Source: Spirochaetaceae bacterium (GTDB lineage: Bacteria > Spirochaetota > Spirochaetia > DSM-2461). Taken from it: a stretch of DNA of 64,000 bases. The notes beneath the pieces were generated by a model, which was given only the letters and a program-made list of their open reading frames with translations, was not told where the DNA came from and did no database searches. Positions 30,444 to 39,188 of this stretch are shown one piece after another. The stretch covers positions 352,001 to 416,000 of the forward strand of contig JAOPTT010000009.1 of NCBI GenBank assembly GCA_051531975.1, given 5' to 3'. Positions within the stretch are counted from its first letter, which is position 1, and every line of letters begins with the position of its first letter. The translations under genes and the position numbers were made by a program.

Positions 30444-31208
30444 ATGTTAGATAAATTTAGTTTAGAAGGTAAAGTTGCAGTTGTAACAGGAGCATCCCAG
30501 GGGTTAGGTCAGGGAATGGCATTAGGTTTAGCAAAATCTGGAGCAGATATTGTTGGTGTTGGAATTGGTATTATGGACGAAACTAAAGCTTTAATTGAAG
30601 CTGCAGGTAAAAAGTTCATTGGTGTTAAAGCTGACCTGATTAATTGTAGTGTAGAGAGTTTAACTGATGTAATACAGGAGGGTGTTAAAGCTTTTGGTAA
30701 GGTTGATATTTTAGTTAACAATGCTGGTATTATTAGAAGAGAAGACTCTATTAACTTTTCTGAGAAAGACTGGGATGATGTTATGAACATTAACGTTAAA
30801 AATGTATTTTTTATGGGTCAAGCTTTTGCAAGACAGGTAATAGCACAAAAAACTCCTGGTAAAATTATTAACATAGCTTCTATGTTAAGTTTCCAGGGTG
30901 GTATTAGAGTTCCATCTTACACAGCTTCAAAGTCTGGTATTAAAGGTATTACTATGACTATGGCTAACGAATGGGGTAAGTTTGGTATTAATGTAAATGC
31001 AATTGCACCTGGTTACATGGCTACTGCAAATACAAAAGACTTAAGAGCTGATCCTGTTAGAAGTAAAGAAATTTTAGACAGAATTCCAGCAGACAGATGG
31101 GGTACTCCAGAAGATGTAGCTGGTCCTTGTGTTTTCTTAGCAGGAAATAACTCAGACTATATTAACGGTTATACAATTGCTGTTGATGGTGGATGGTTAA
31201 GTAGATAA
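30444..31208 (+). CDS. kduD: 2-dehydro-3-deoxy-D-gluconate 5-dehydrogenase
   Basis: SDR TGASQGLG, IASMLSFQGGIRVPSYTASKS, VDGGWL; follows kduI. Confidence 0.95.
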   Translation: MLDKFSLEGKVAVVTGASQGLGQGMALGLAKSGADIVGVGIGIMDETKALIEAAGKKFIGVKADLINCSVESLTDVIQEGVKAFGKVDILVNNAGIIRREDSINFSEKDWDDVMNINVKNVFFMGQAFARQVIAQKTPGKIINIASMLSFQGGIRVPSYTASKSGIKGITMTMANEWGKFGINVNAIAPGYMATANTKDLRADPVRSKEILDRIPADRWGTPEDVAGPCVFLAGNNSDYINGYTIAVDGGWLSR

Positions 31209-31975
31209 TGAAAAATTTAGGTGTACAAACATTTACAATTAGAGAGCTAATTAAAACACCTGAAACATTAAGAAAAACTTTTACAGAGTTAGTTCAAATC
31301 GGATATAAACGGTTTGAGCTAGCCCGTATGAAATATGACCAAGCTGAACTAGATGTACTAAAGGATCTGCAAAAAGAGTTCGGCTTGGAATATGTAACAT
31401 GCCAGATAAAGTATAAGGTTATTCTTAAACGTTTTGACTGGCTTATGAAGTTTTCTAAAGAGCTTAACATTCCAACTTTAGAGGTTTCTGTAATTCCTAT
31501 GGATGCTTTCTTAAAAAAAGAGAAGGGTATGTTAGAACTTTCTAAAAAGCTAAATGATCTAGGGAAAAGAACCCAAGAGCATGGTGTAAATCTGCTATAT
31601 CATCATCATAACTTTGAACTTATCCCTATGGGGAGTAAAATAGGTTTTGACCATTTAGTAGACAATACAGATCCTAAATTAGTTAACTTTGTTATAGATA
31701 CATATTGGTTAGCTAGATCAGGTTTTGATCCTAACTGCTTTATAGACAGATATATTAGCAGGGTTACAGGTGTTCATTTACGTGATTGTGAATTTATTTC
31801 TAGTGGCTTTGGTTTTGGTTTTAAAGATCAAAAAATTGGTGCTGGTTCAATAAACTTTGAACCATTTAAAGAGGATAAATACAAAGACATAAACTTCTTT
31901 TCTGTGGAGCAAGCAACGTCTGATCCTATGGCTGACTTAAAGTTTAGCTATAATAACTTAATGAAAAATAGTTAA
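31208..31975 (+). CDS. Sugar phosphate isomerase/epimerase (xylose-isomerase-like TIM barrel)
   Basis: LGVQTFTIR, YHHHNFE, IDTYW, VHLRD, SVEQ. Confidence 0.8.
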   Translation: MKNLGVQTFTIRELIKTPETLRKTFTELVQIGYKRFELARMKYDQAELDVLKDLQKEFGLEYVTCQIKYKVILKRFDWLMKFSKELNIPTLEVSVIPMDAFLKKEKGMLELSKKLNDLGKRTQEHGVNLLYHHHNFELIPMGSKIGFDHLVDNTDPKLVNFVIDTYWLARSGFDPNCFIDRYISRVTGVHLRDCEFISSGFGFGFKDQKIGAGSINFEPFKEDKYKDINFFSVEQATSDPMADLKFSYNNLMKNS

Positions 31976-31978
31976 AAC

Positions 31979-32004
31979 ATAAGCCAGAATAGACGCTGGC
32001 TTAT
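31979..32004 (+). terminator. Hairpin after the uronate operon
   Basis: ATAAGCCAG...CTGGCTTAT inverted repeat. Confidence 0.6.
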
Positions 32005-32094
32005 ATCCAAATATAAACCAAAATAAAGAGTTCAAAAAAAGCATAAATAAAACTTCCATTATCTGGAAACTGTGTTAATATGACTTACTGACAT

Positions 32095-32145
32095 GAGCGA
32101 GCGCTCGTTCTGATATAGCAACTTTAATAGAGCGAGTGTTCATTC
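32095..32145. promoter_or_regulatory. Two GAGCGA-N4-TCRTTC operator copies
   Basis: GAGCGAGCGCTCGTTC (32095-32110) and GAGCGAGTGTTCATTC (32130-32145); same motif as 22252-22267. Confidence 0.7.
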
Positions 32146-32315
32146 TTGATTAGTATTTGTTTGATAGCGGATTAGTTTACACAGTAAAAGTTCCCTCTGT
32201 GTATCACTAAAAAAATACAAAGAAGGGAATTTAAACGTTAATAAAACTCGTTGAGTTTATTTATATTGAAGCTTCAATGTCAGCAAAGTGCATTGGTAGT
32301 AAGTGAGGAAAAACA

Positions 32316-33542
32316 ATGAAAAAAATATCAATTTTATTATTAGCTTTCACACTTTTATTTTTATCTTGTGATTTAAAATCACCAGATAGATCTGAAGTTA
32401 GTGAAATCCCTGAGGAGATGGAAGGGCAGTGGGTAGGTGTTATCTACAATGCTAAATCTAGTGGTTGGACTTTAGGTGCATTAGCTTCTGCAGGTGCTGG
32501 CTTTGATCTACAGGATTATTCTGGAGCTGCCGCATCTAAAACTTCTGTTGAAGATGGTATCTTAGGTGTTGAAATTACATCTGATTCAATTGAGTTTGTT
32601 GAACTTGTAAACGATATTGATGGTTATATAAAATCAGCAGACAGAGTTTTAGCTAACGGAATTAGAGCTGAGCTTCAATCTGATATGCCAGATGTTGGTT
32701 ACATGTTAACAGGAGATTTAGAATTAGAAAACTTTACTATGTATGACGATGGGGACATTGTTTCTGGTTATCCAGTAGATAGTGAAATTGTAAGTGGTAC
32801 AGTTCACTTTCCTAGTTACACAGATACTTCTTCTATTGAAAGTGCTTTAAGAGATCAGATTTATGACTTATTACAAGATGTTGCTAAAAGCCAAAGTGAT
32901 ATAACTGAGTTGATAAGTACTTATAAAGGTGTTGTTGCTGCTATGGCTTTAATTCCTGATGCTGTGGCTCTTGGTCTTCCTGGACTTGATGAGACTCTTG
33001 TAAATCAGATGCTTCTTTCTGCATTGATGGGTGATATGGCCACTGTTGGAGCCATTCAGGGTGGGTATGGTAATCCATCTCAGTTATCAGATATTACTAC
33101 TGCCTTAACAGATACTATCACTGAAGAAGTTACAAACCCTACAGTTTTTGCATTAGAAAATGACCTAAGAGATGAGCATAAATCTATTATTGATGACTAT
33201 ATAACAATCGAAGATCTATTTGGATACATTGATGGAAGTGATGAAGGTGGACTAGACGATACTGGAACAGAACAACTTCGATTAGTAAATTTAACTTGGG
33301 GTTATGACAGTGAAACTGGCGAAAACGAAGTTGATACTATTGAGATTTTATGTAATGTTGCAAATACTGACTGGTTACAAGAGAGTTACATAAAGTTAAA
33401 CTCTATTGGTATTGGACGTTATATCGCATATTTAATGGGTGGTGAAATGCCTGTTGATACTGCAGGTGATATGCTAACAGAAATTGTTGGTGGTGCATTT
33501 ATGGATCCAAGATGGACTGAAGTTCAAGATATTGACGAATAG
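32316..33542 (+). CDS. Acidic lipoprotein of unknown function
   Basis: MKK + hydrophobic core + FLSC lipobox; very Asp/Glu-rich mature part. Confidence 0.75.
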   Translation: MKKISILLLAFTLLFLSCDLKSPDRSEVSEIPEEMEGQWVGVIYNAKSSGWTLGALASAGAGFDLQDYSGAAASKTSVEDGILGVEITSDSIEFVELVNDIDGYIKSADRVLANGIRAELQSDMPDVGYMLTGDLELENFTMYDDGDIVSGYPVDSEIVSGTVHFPSYTDTSSIESALRDQIYDLLQDVAKSQSDITELISTYKGVVAAMALIPDAVALGLPGLDETLVNQMLLSALMGDMATVGAIQGGYGNPSQLSDITTALTDTITEEVTNPTVFALENDLRDEHKSIIDDYITIEDLFGYIDGSDEGGLDDTGTEQLRLVNLTWGYDSETGENEVDTIEILCNVANTDWLQESYIKLNSIGIGRYIAYLMGGEMPVDTAGDMLTEIVGGAFMDPRWTEVQDIDE

Positions 33543-33556
33543 GAGAAAATAGAATT

Positions 33557-35152
33557 ATGAAGAAAATTATACTTATATTAGTAACACTATGTATTACTTC
33601 TGGTTTATTTGCAGAAATAACTGTAGATACTGGATTAAGAACGTCAATGTACTGGGCGTTAGACGAAGATGCGGACTACTCTTACAAGTTCGACGACAAC
33701 GGATATTCAGGATTTAGTATTAATGGAGCAGTTGATGACCATACTACATTTCACATGAATATAATACCTGATGGATTTGATGCTGAAGGTGGAACAAGTA
33801 CTCTTTCAGTTGGTAATATCTCTTTTACTACAGAATTATGGAAGAATGTATTAGGAGTAGATAGTGCATTAAACGATAACTTATCTGTTAAATTATTAGG
33901 TGGGATTAGATCATTTAGTGCTCCAGGTAGTTATGGATTTGTTAAGTATATTAGTTACGGAAACTCTGGTGTAGATCAAGCTTCTGTTGGAACTGAAAGT
34001 GGTTTATCTTTAGGTACAGCTCTTAACTACAAAGTTGAAGACCTAGGTAGTTTTACAGGAACTTTTGGTATGTTATCTGATCTTGGTAAAGACGGATTTC
34101 AACAAGTAATGGGTGGAAGAGACGAAGACGAGAGTATTATTGGTAAACAAGCTCCACAAACATTTGCTTCTTTAGGCTTCGACTTATTAGGTAAAAGAGG
34201 TAGTTATGCTACTGACGAATTTCAATTCTTTACTGATATTTCATATGCAAGCGTTGGTGGAAGCAGTATTACTCCTTCAGACTTCTTAACAGACACAGGT
34301 TCTGGTTCAGTTAGAACTGGTGGTCATACTGTAGGTGGTGGTGCTAGAGTAAGTATTCCTATGCCAATAGTAGAAAACGATCCATATTCAAGATTAACTG
34401 TTGGTGGTTCATTCTCTTACTTTGCTGGTAGTACTTATGATGCAGAAGATCTTTTAATGACTGATTGGGATGATGAGACTCCATATGAAGCTGAGTTAAA
34501 CTTTGATTCGTATTATACATATGGTGCTGACTTAGGTTGGGGTATGCCATTTAGTGAAAACTTTGCAATGGACATCGGTTTTGGTATTAGAGGAAGAAGT
34601 GCACAAACTTACGACTTCGAAGATACAGATACCACTTTAGATAACGAAACATTATTACAGTTAGAAGAGAACATGGACATTGGTGGTAGCATCATTTTCC
34701 AATATGGTGGAATATTAGACGGTGTAGAGTTTGGTATTGTTGGAATGTTAGAGAACTTATACAACGGACAATCTCTTCCTAACCTAGAGGACGATAAAAT
34801 GAGAGGATCTCAAAACCTGGATCCTAACCTTATTGTTATGTTCGCAGGTGGAGTTCAGAACAAAATTGGTAAAGGTATGTTAACTACTCAATTACAAGCT
34901 GGTGTATTTAATGCATTAGAAAACGACCTATATGTATCAACTTCTGACGATTCAGATATGGATACTATGATGCCAATGGGTGCTGTAGGTGCTTCATACG
35001 CATTTGACGGTGTATTAATTGACTTAGGTTACGTTTATACTCCAATGGGTGGTATGGAAACTTCTTTACTAGATATTAAAACTGGTAGACCTGACTTACA
35101 AGCAGGAGCTAAAAGTGGTATTTACTTCACTGTTAGCTACAATTTCAAGTAA
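33557..35152 (+). CDS. Putative outer-membrane beta-barrel protein
   Basis: SPase I signal (GLFA-EI); Gly/aromatic amphipathic strands; C-terminal IYFTVSYNFK resembling a beta-signal. Confidence 0.7.
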   Translation: MKKIILILVTLCITSGLFAEITVDTGLRTSMYWALDEDADYSYKFDDNGYSGFSINGAVDDHTTFHMNIIPDGFDAEGGTSTLSVGNISFTTELWKNVLGVDSALNDNLSVKLLGGIRSFSAPGSYGFVKYISYGNSGVDQASVGTESGLSLGTALNYKVEDLGSFTGTFGMLSDLGKDGFQQVMGGRDEDESIIGKQAPQTFASLGFDLLGKRGSYATDEFQFFTDISYASVGGSSITPSDFLTDTGSGSVRTGGHTVGGGARVSIPMPIVENDPYSRLTVGGSFSYFAGSTYDAEDLLMTDWDDETPYEAELNFDSYYTYGADLGWGMPFSENFAMDIGFGIRGRSAQTYDFEDTDTTLDNETLLQLEENMDIGGSIIFQYGGILDGVEFGIVGMLENLYNGQSLPNLEDDKMRGSQNLDPNLIVMFAGGVQNKIGKGMLTTQLQAGVFNALENDLYVSTSDDSDMDTMMPMGAVGASYAFDGVLIDLGYVYTPMGGMETSLLDIKTGRPDLQAGAKSGIYFTVSYNFK

Positions 35153-35175
35153 CAATAATTAACTTTTAATAATAT

Positions 35176-35203
35176 CCGGAGTAACTTCTGTTACTTCGGT
35201 TTA
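35176..35203 (+). terminator. Intrinsic terminator
   Basis: CCGGAGTAAC-ttct-GTTACTTCGG followed by ttt. Confidence 0.7.
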
Positions 35204-35341
35204 CTTAAGAATCTAAACAATCCTGTATATCGCAACAATACATTCACTTAAAATTATTGACATATGTATAATAACTCATATAAATTCATAAAGAAGTTAT
35301 GCAGGAATGACCTGGGCTACGGGGTATAAAGGAAAAAATGT

Positions 35342-36232
35342 ATGAAATATTTTGATCTCTTTAAACGAAACCTAGGGGTTTTTAACAAAGATGAACAACA
35401 ATCACTTAGAACTAAAAGAGTCGTAATAATTGGAACCGGTGGTATTGGTGGCATAGCAGCAAATATTTTTGCCCGTTCAGGTGTAGAAAATTTCCTGTTA
35501 TCAGATTTTGATTTTTATGAAGTTTCTAATATAAATAGACAGATAAATGCAAATGTTAATACATTAAATGAAAATAAAGCAGAAAATACTGCTAAAGCCT
35601 TATTAGATATAAACCCTAATATAAAATGCAAAGTAATATCTAAAAAAATGAGTTTCTCTGAAATAAAGCAGGAATTAATTAAGTCAGATTTTATATTCCC
35701 TGCCGCCGATGATTTTGCGTTTAGTTTAACTCTATTCCGAATTGCTAAAGACCTTGGGAAACCTGGATTAGTAGTGGTCCCATCAGGACTTTGGGCAAGG
35801 ATTGCTGTCATTTCAGCAGAGTATTCAAGGGTTGAGAGTCTTTTTGGTTTGCCTTATATCAAAGCTGAAACTTACGACGAGTTATATCATAAATTAAAAG
35901 AAATAATGTCTGCTAAGTTATATAAATACGGTGCTAACTTTTATAAAACTATAGGTGGATGGCAAAAAGATTATTTTGAGATGTTTATTAAAGAAGAAGT
36001 CCCTCCTACGCAGATCTGTCCATTAGTATGGGCGGCATCATCAGTTGGGGTTTTAGAATCAATAAAATATCTAACAAATAGAAAATCTGCTCTGATTCTT
36101 CCAAAATTTATTGAGTTTAGTAGTTCAAAAATCAGACAGAGAAACCTCTACTTTCCATCTCTTACTACTCTAAGGATATTAAAGTCTAAGTTATTACTTT
36201 CTATGTATAGACTAAAAAGAGGTAACAATTGA
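35342..36232 (+). CDS. ThiF/MoeB/HesA-family adenylyltransferase
   Basis: VIIGTGGIG, DFDFYEVSNINRQ, NKAE; no CxxC zinc pairs. Confidence 0.85.
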   Translation: MKYFDLFKRNLGVFNKDEQQSLRTKRVVIIGTGGIGGIAANIFARSGVENFLLSDFDFYEVSNINRQINANVNTLNENKAENTAKALLDINPNIKCKVISKKMSFSEIKQELIKSDFIFPAADDFAFSLTLFRIAKDLGKPGLVVVPSGLWARIAVISAEYSRVESLFGLPYIKAETYDELYHKLKEIMSAKLYKYGANFYKTIGGWQKDYFEMFIKEEVPPTQICPLVWAASSVGVLESIKYLTNRKSALILPKFIEFSSSKIRQRNLYFPSLTTLRILKSKLLLSMYRLKRGNN

Positions 36233-36261
36233 CGATTGATAGATAAATTCACTGAATTTAT

Positions 36262-36297
36262 TTGCCTATTTCCAAAAAAATTAGTATCTTTTGGAAA
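36262..36297 (+). promoter_or_regulatory. Putative htpG promoter with overlapping inverted repeat
   Basis: TTGCCT, 17 nt, TATCTT; TTTCCAAAA-N11-TTTTGGAAA at 36269-36297. Confidence 0.5.
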
Positions 36298-36324
36298 AAT
36301 ACAAATAGAGAGGATTGCCCAGAT

Positions 36325-38187
36325 ATGTCACATCAGCAGTTTAAAACAGAAGTAAACGATTTATTACAACTTATTACTCATTCACTATATTCACATAGTG
36401 AAATCTTTTTACGAGAGTTAGTATCTAACTCATCGGATGCGTTGGATAAGTTAAAATACTTAACACTAACAGATGAGAAATTAAAAGATTTAGATTTTAC
36501 TCCACAAATTGATATTGAGTTAGATGAAGCGAACCATAAGATATTTACAGTTAAAGATAACGGTATTGGTATGGACAAAGAGGATTTAATAAGCTCTTTA
36601 GGTACTATTGCCCGATCTGGAACTAAAAACTTCTTAAAGACTTTATCAGAAGATGCTAAAAAAGATTCAAACTTAATTGGTCAATTTGGTGTTGGTTTCT
36701 ATTCAGTATTCATGATCGCAGATAAAGCTGAAGTTATTTCAAAAAAAGCTGGTGAAGATCAAGCTTGGAAATGGACTTCAGATGGTAAAACTGGTTTCGA
36801 CATTGTTGAAGCGGAAAGAGATACTCATGGTACTACAATTATTTTACATCTTAATGAAAATGGTAAAGAGTACGATAACAAATGGCAAGTTGAGCAGATT
36901 ACTAAAAAGTACTCAAATCACATTGCGTTCCCTATCTACCTTCACTATGAAAAAACTGAATATGGTAAAGAGGGTGAAGATCCTACAAAAACTCCAACAA
37001 CTGAGCAGATTAACTCTGCTTCAGCACTTTGGAGAAAATCTAAAAACGACTTAAAACCAGAGGATTATAACGAGTTTTACAAAACAATTTCTAACGATTT
37101 TCAAGATCCAATGTTTCATGTCCATACAAGAGCGGAAGGGCATTTAGAGTATAATACTCTTTTTTACTTCCCTGCTAAGGCTCCAACTGATATGTTCCAG
37201 GCGGACTACCAGCCAGGTGTAAAACTTTATGTTAAACGTGTATTTATTACAGATGACGATAAAGAGTTATTACCTACATACTTAAGATTTGTGAAGGGTA
37301 TTATCGATTCTGAAGATCTACCATTAAACGTAAGTAGAGAGTTATTACAGAAAAACAAAGTTCTACACAATATTAAAACAGCATCAACAAAGAAGATATT
37401 AAGTGAAATAAAAAAACTTCAGAACAATACAGAGAAGTTCACAGCTTTTATCGATGAGTATAATAGACCTTTAAAAGAGGGTTTATATTCTGACCACGAT
37501 AACAAAGAGAAGTTAATGGAGTTAGTTCGATTTAAATCTACAGCAGTAGAGGGTTGGACAAGCTTTAAAGAGTATAAAGAGAGAATGAAAGAGGACCAAA
37601 AGTCTATCTACTTTATTACTGGTGATAACGAAGGTTTCTTAAGAAACTCTCCACTTCTTGAAGTTTACAAAAGCAAAGATATCGAAGTTTTAATAATGGC
37701 AGATGAGATCGACGAAGTTGTAATTCCAATGTTAGGTAAATACGATGATATCGACTTAAAAGGTATAAACAAAGCCGGTTCTGCAGATGAGATTAAAACT
37801 GATGATGATAAAAAATCTGAAGATGAAATTAAGCCACTAATCGAAAAGATTAAGGAAGCTTTAGGTGACAAAGTTAAAGACGTTGTTGCATCTACTAGAT
37901 TAACTGATTCTCCTTCTTGTGTTGTTGCAGACGAAAATGACCCAACATCACAGATGGCTCAGATGATGAAAGCTATGGGACAACCTGTTCCAGATGTAGT
38001 TCCTGTACTTGAAATTAACCCAACACACGGTATTGTGTCTAAGTTAACAGTTGATACAGATAAAGATCTATTAGCTGATGTTAGTTTCTTATTATTAGAA
38101 CAAGCACTTCTTATTGAAGGTACTCCTTTAAAAGATCCTGCTGCATTTAGTAAAAGATTAAATAGAATTCTTAACTTAGCACTTTAA
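36325..38187 (+). CDS. htpG: Chaperone HtpG (Hsp90)
   Basis: FLRELVSNSSDA, DNGIGM, IGQFGVGFYS, DLPLNVSRE, LEINP; ATG 36325 after GAGAGG. Confidence 0.97.
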   Translation: MSHQQFKTEVNDLLQLITHSLYSHSEIFLRELVSNSSDALDKLKYLTLTDEKLKDLDFTPQIDIELDEANHKIFTVKDNGIGMDKEDLISSLGTIARSGTKNFLKTLSEDAKKDSNLIGQFGVGFYSVFMIADKAEVISKKAGEDQAWKWTSDGKTGFDIVEAERDTHGTTIILHLNENGKEYDNKWQVEQITKKYSNHIAFPIYLHYEKTEYGKEGEDPTKTPTTEQINSASALWRKSKNDLKPEDYNEFYKTISNDFQDPMFHVHTRAEGHLEYNTLFYFPAKAPTDMFQADYQPGVKLYVKRVFITDDDKELLPTYLRFVKGIIDSEDLPLNVSRELLQKNKVLHNIKTASTKKILSEIKKLQNNTEKFTAFIDEYNRPLKEGLYSDHDNKEKLMELVRFKSTAVEGWTSFKEYKERMKEDQKSIYFITGDNEGFLRNSPLLEVYKSKDIEVLIMADEIDEVVIPMLGKYDDIDLKGINKAGSADEIKTDDDKKSEDEIKPLIEKIKEALGDKVKDVVASTRLTDSPSCVVADENDPTSQMAQMMKAMGQPVPDVVPVLEINPTHGIVSKLTVDTDKDLLADVSFLLLEQALLIEGTPLKDPAAFSKRLNRILNLAL

Positions 38188-38208
38188 TCATTAAACATAA
38201 AATTTCAT

Positions 38209-38237
38209 AAAACCTCTGAGAAATCAGAGGTTTTTTT
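38209..38237 (+). terminator. Intrinsic terminator of htpG
   Basis: AAAACCTCTGA-gaaa-TCAGAGGTTTTTTT. Confidence 0.9.
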
Positions 38238-38333
38238 AGTTTAATAACATTTAACAGAATAATTGAAGTCAATTAGCTTCTTATTGGGAACTTTTGTACT
38301 GTTCAATTAAAAAATGTAGGATATACTACTGTT

Positions 38334-39188
38334 ATGACTAAACTACCCATACTTCTTATATTTATAATACTGACCTCCACAATTTTGTATTCACAAACTA
38401 CCTATACATATCGTTCCCCAGAAAGTAAAAATGACAGAAGATATGATTATGATAATGCCTTATTAAAATTAGCCCTCGACAAGACCTTAAAAACCGATGG
38501 TGATTATATTCTAAAACCTAGCCCACAGATGAATTTTAAAAGAATGTTTGAATATATCAAATCAGGGAAATTAATTAATCCAATATTTAAAAACTCAGCT
38601 AGTAATCAACTTTGTGAAGAATATGATTATATAAACTTTCCTGTAGATTTAGGGATTGTAGGGTATAGACTCTTTTTTGTATCACCAGATAAAAATATGC
38701 AGTTTGAATCAGTTAAAACCTTGGAGGATCTTAGGAACTTTAAAATGATTCAGGGAGCAGGTTGGAAAGATATTGAAATATTAAGAAATTCCGGATTTGA
38801 TGTTAAAGTTTCACCTAAATATGAGAATCTTTTTATTGAAGTAGTCAAAAATAAAGTAGATCTATTTCCCAGAGGCATGAACGAGATTTTAGATGAGATG
38901 TCTAACCACAAAAACCTTAAAGGTTTAAGTTTTAACAGCGATATTATTTTATATTATCCACTACCTAGATTTTTTTACACCTCAAAGGGAAACGAGGAAG
39001 CATTAGATAGAGTCAGCCGAGGAATATGGATAGCCTATGAAGATGGATCTCTTGTTAAATTATGGGAGAAATATTATGGCGAGAGTATTAAAAAAATTGG
39101 TACTAAAAATAAAACTATAATTACAATTACGAATCCTTTAGTGAGTGATGTAGATAAATCCTATGAGAAGTATCTATTTAAATTTTAA
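38334..39188 (+). CDS. Exported solute-binding-fold protein (PBP type 2-like)
   Basis: Signal peptide; [39 protein letters not shown]. Confidence 0.7.
   Translation: MTKLPILLIFIILTSTILYSQTTYTYRSPESKNDRRYDYDNALLKLALDKTLKTDGDYILKPSPQMNFKRMFEYIKSGKLINPIFKNSASNQLCEEYDYINFPVDLGIVGYRLFFVSPDKNMQFESVKTLEDLRNFKMIQGAGWKDIEILRNSGFDVKVSPKYENLFIEVVKNKVDLFPRGMNEILDEMSNHKNLKGLSFNSDIILYYPLPRFFYTSKGNEEALDRVSRGIWIAYEDGSLVKLWEKYYGESIKKIGTKNKTIITITNPLVSDVDKSYEKYLFKF

Noticed and set aside
32095..32145. Two repeats 35 bp apart as a mini CRISPR array
   Set aside because: Repeats are only 16 bp, imperfect and two in number, with no cas genes; an operator pair fits better.
35342..36232. ThiF protein as E1 of an anti-phage system or a RiPP maturase
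   Set aside because: No CD-NTase, E2, JAB, ubiquitin-like or precursor-peptide gene adjacent.
36752..37054. 100-aa same-strand alternate-frame ORF inside htpG
   Set aside because: Explained by biased codon usage of htpG; no RBS or recognisable motif.
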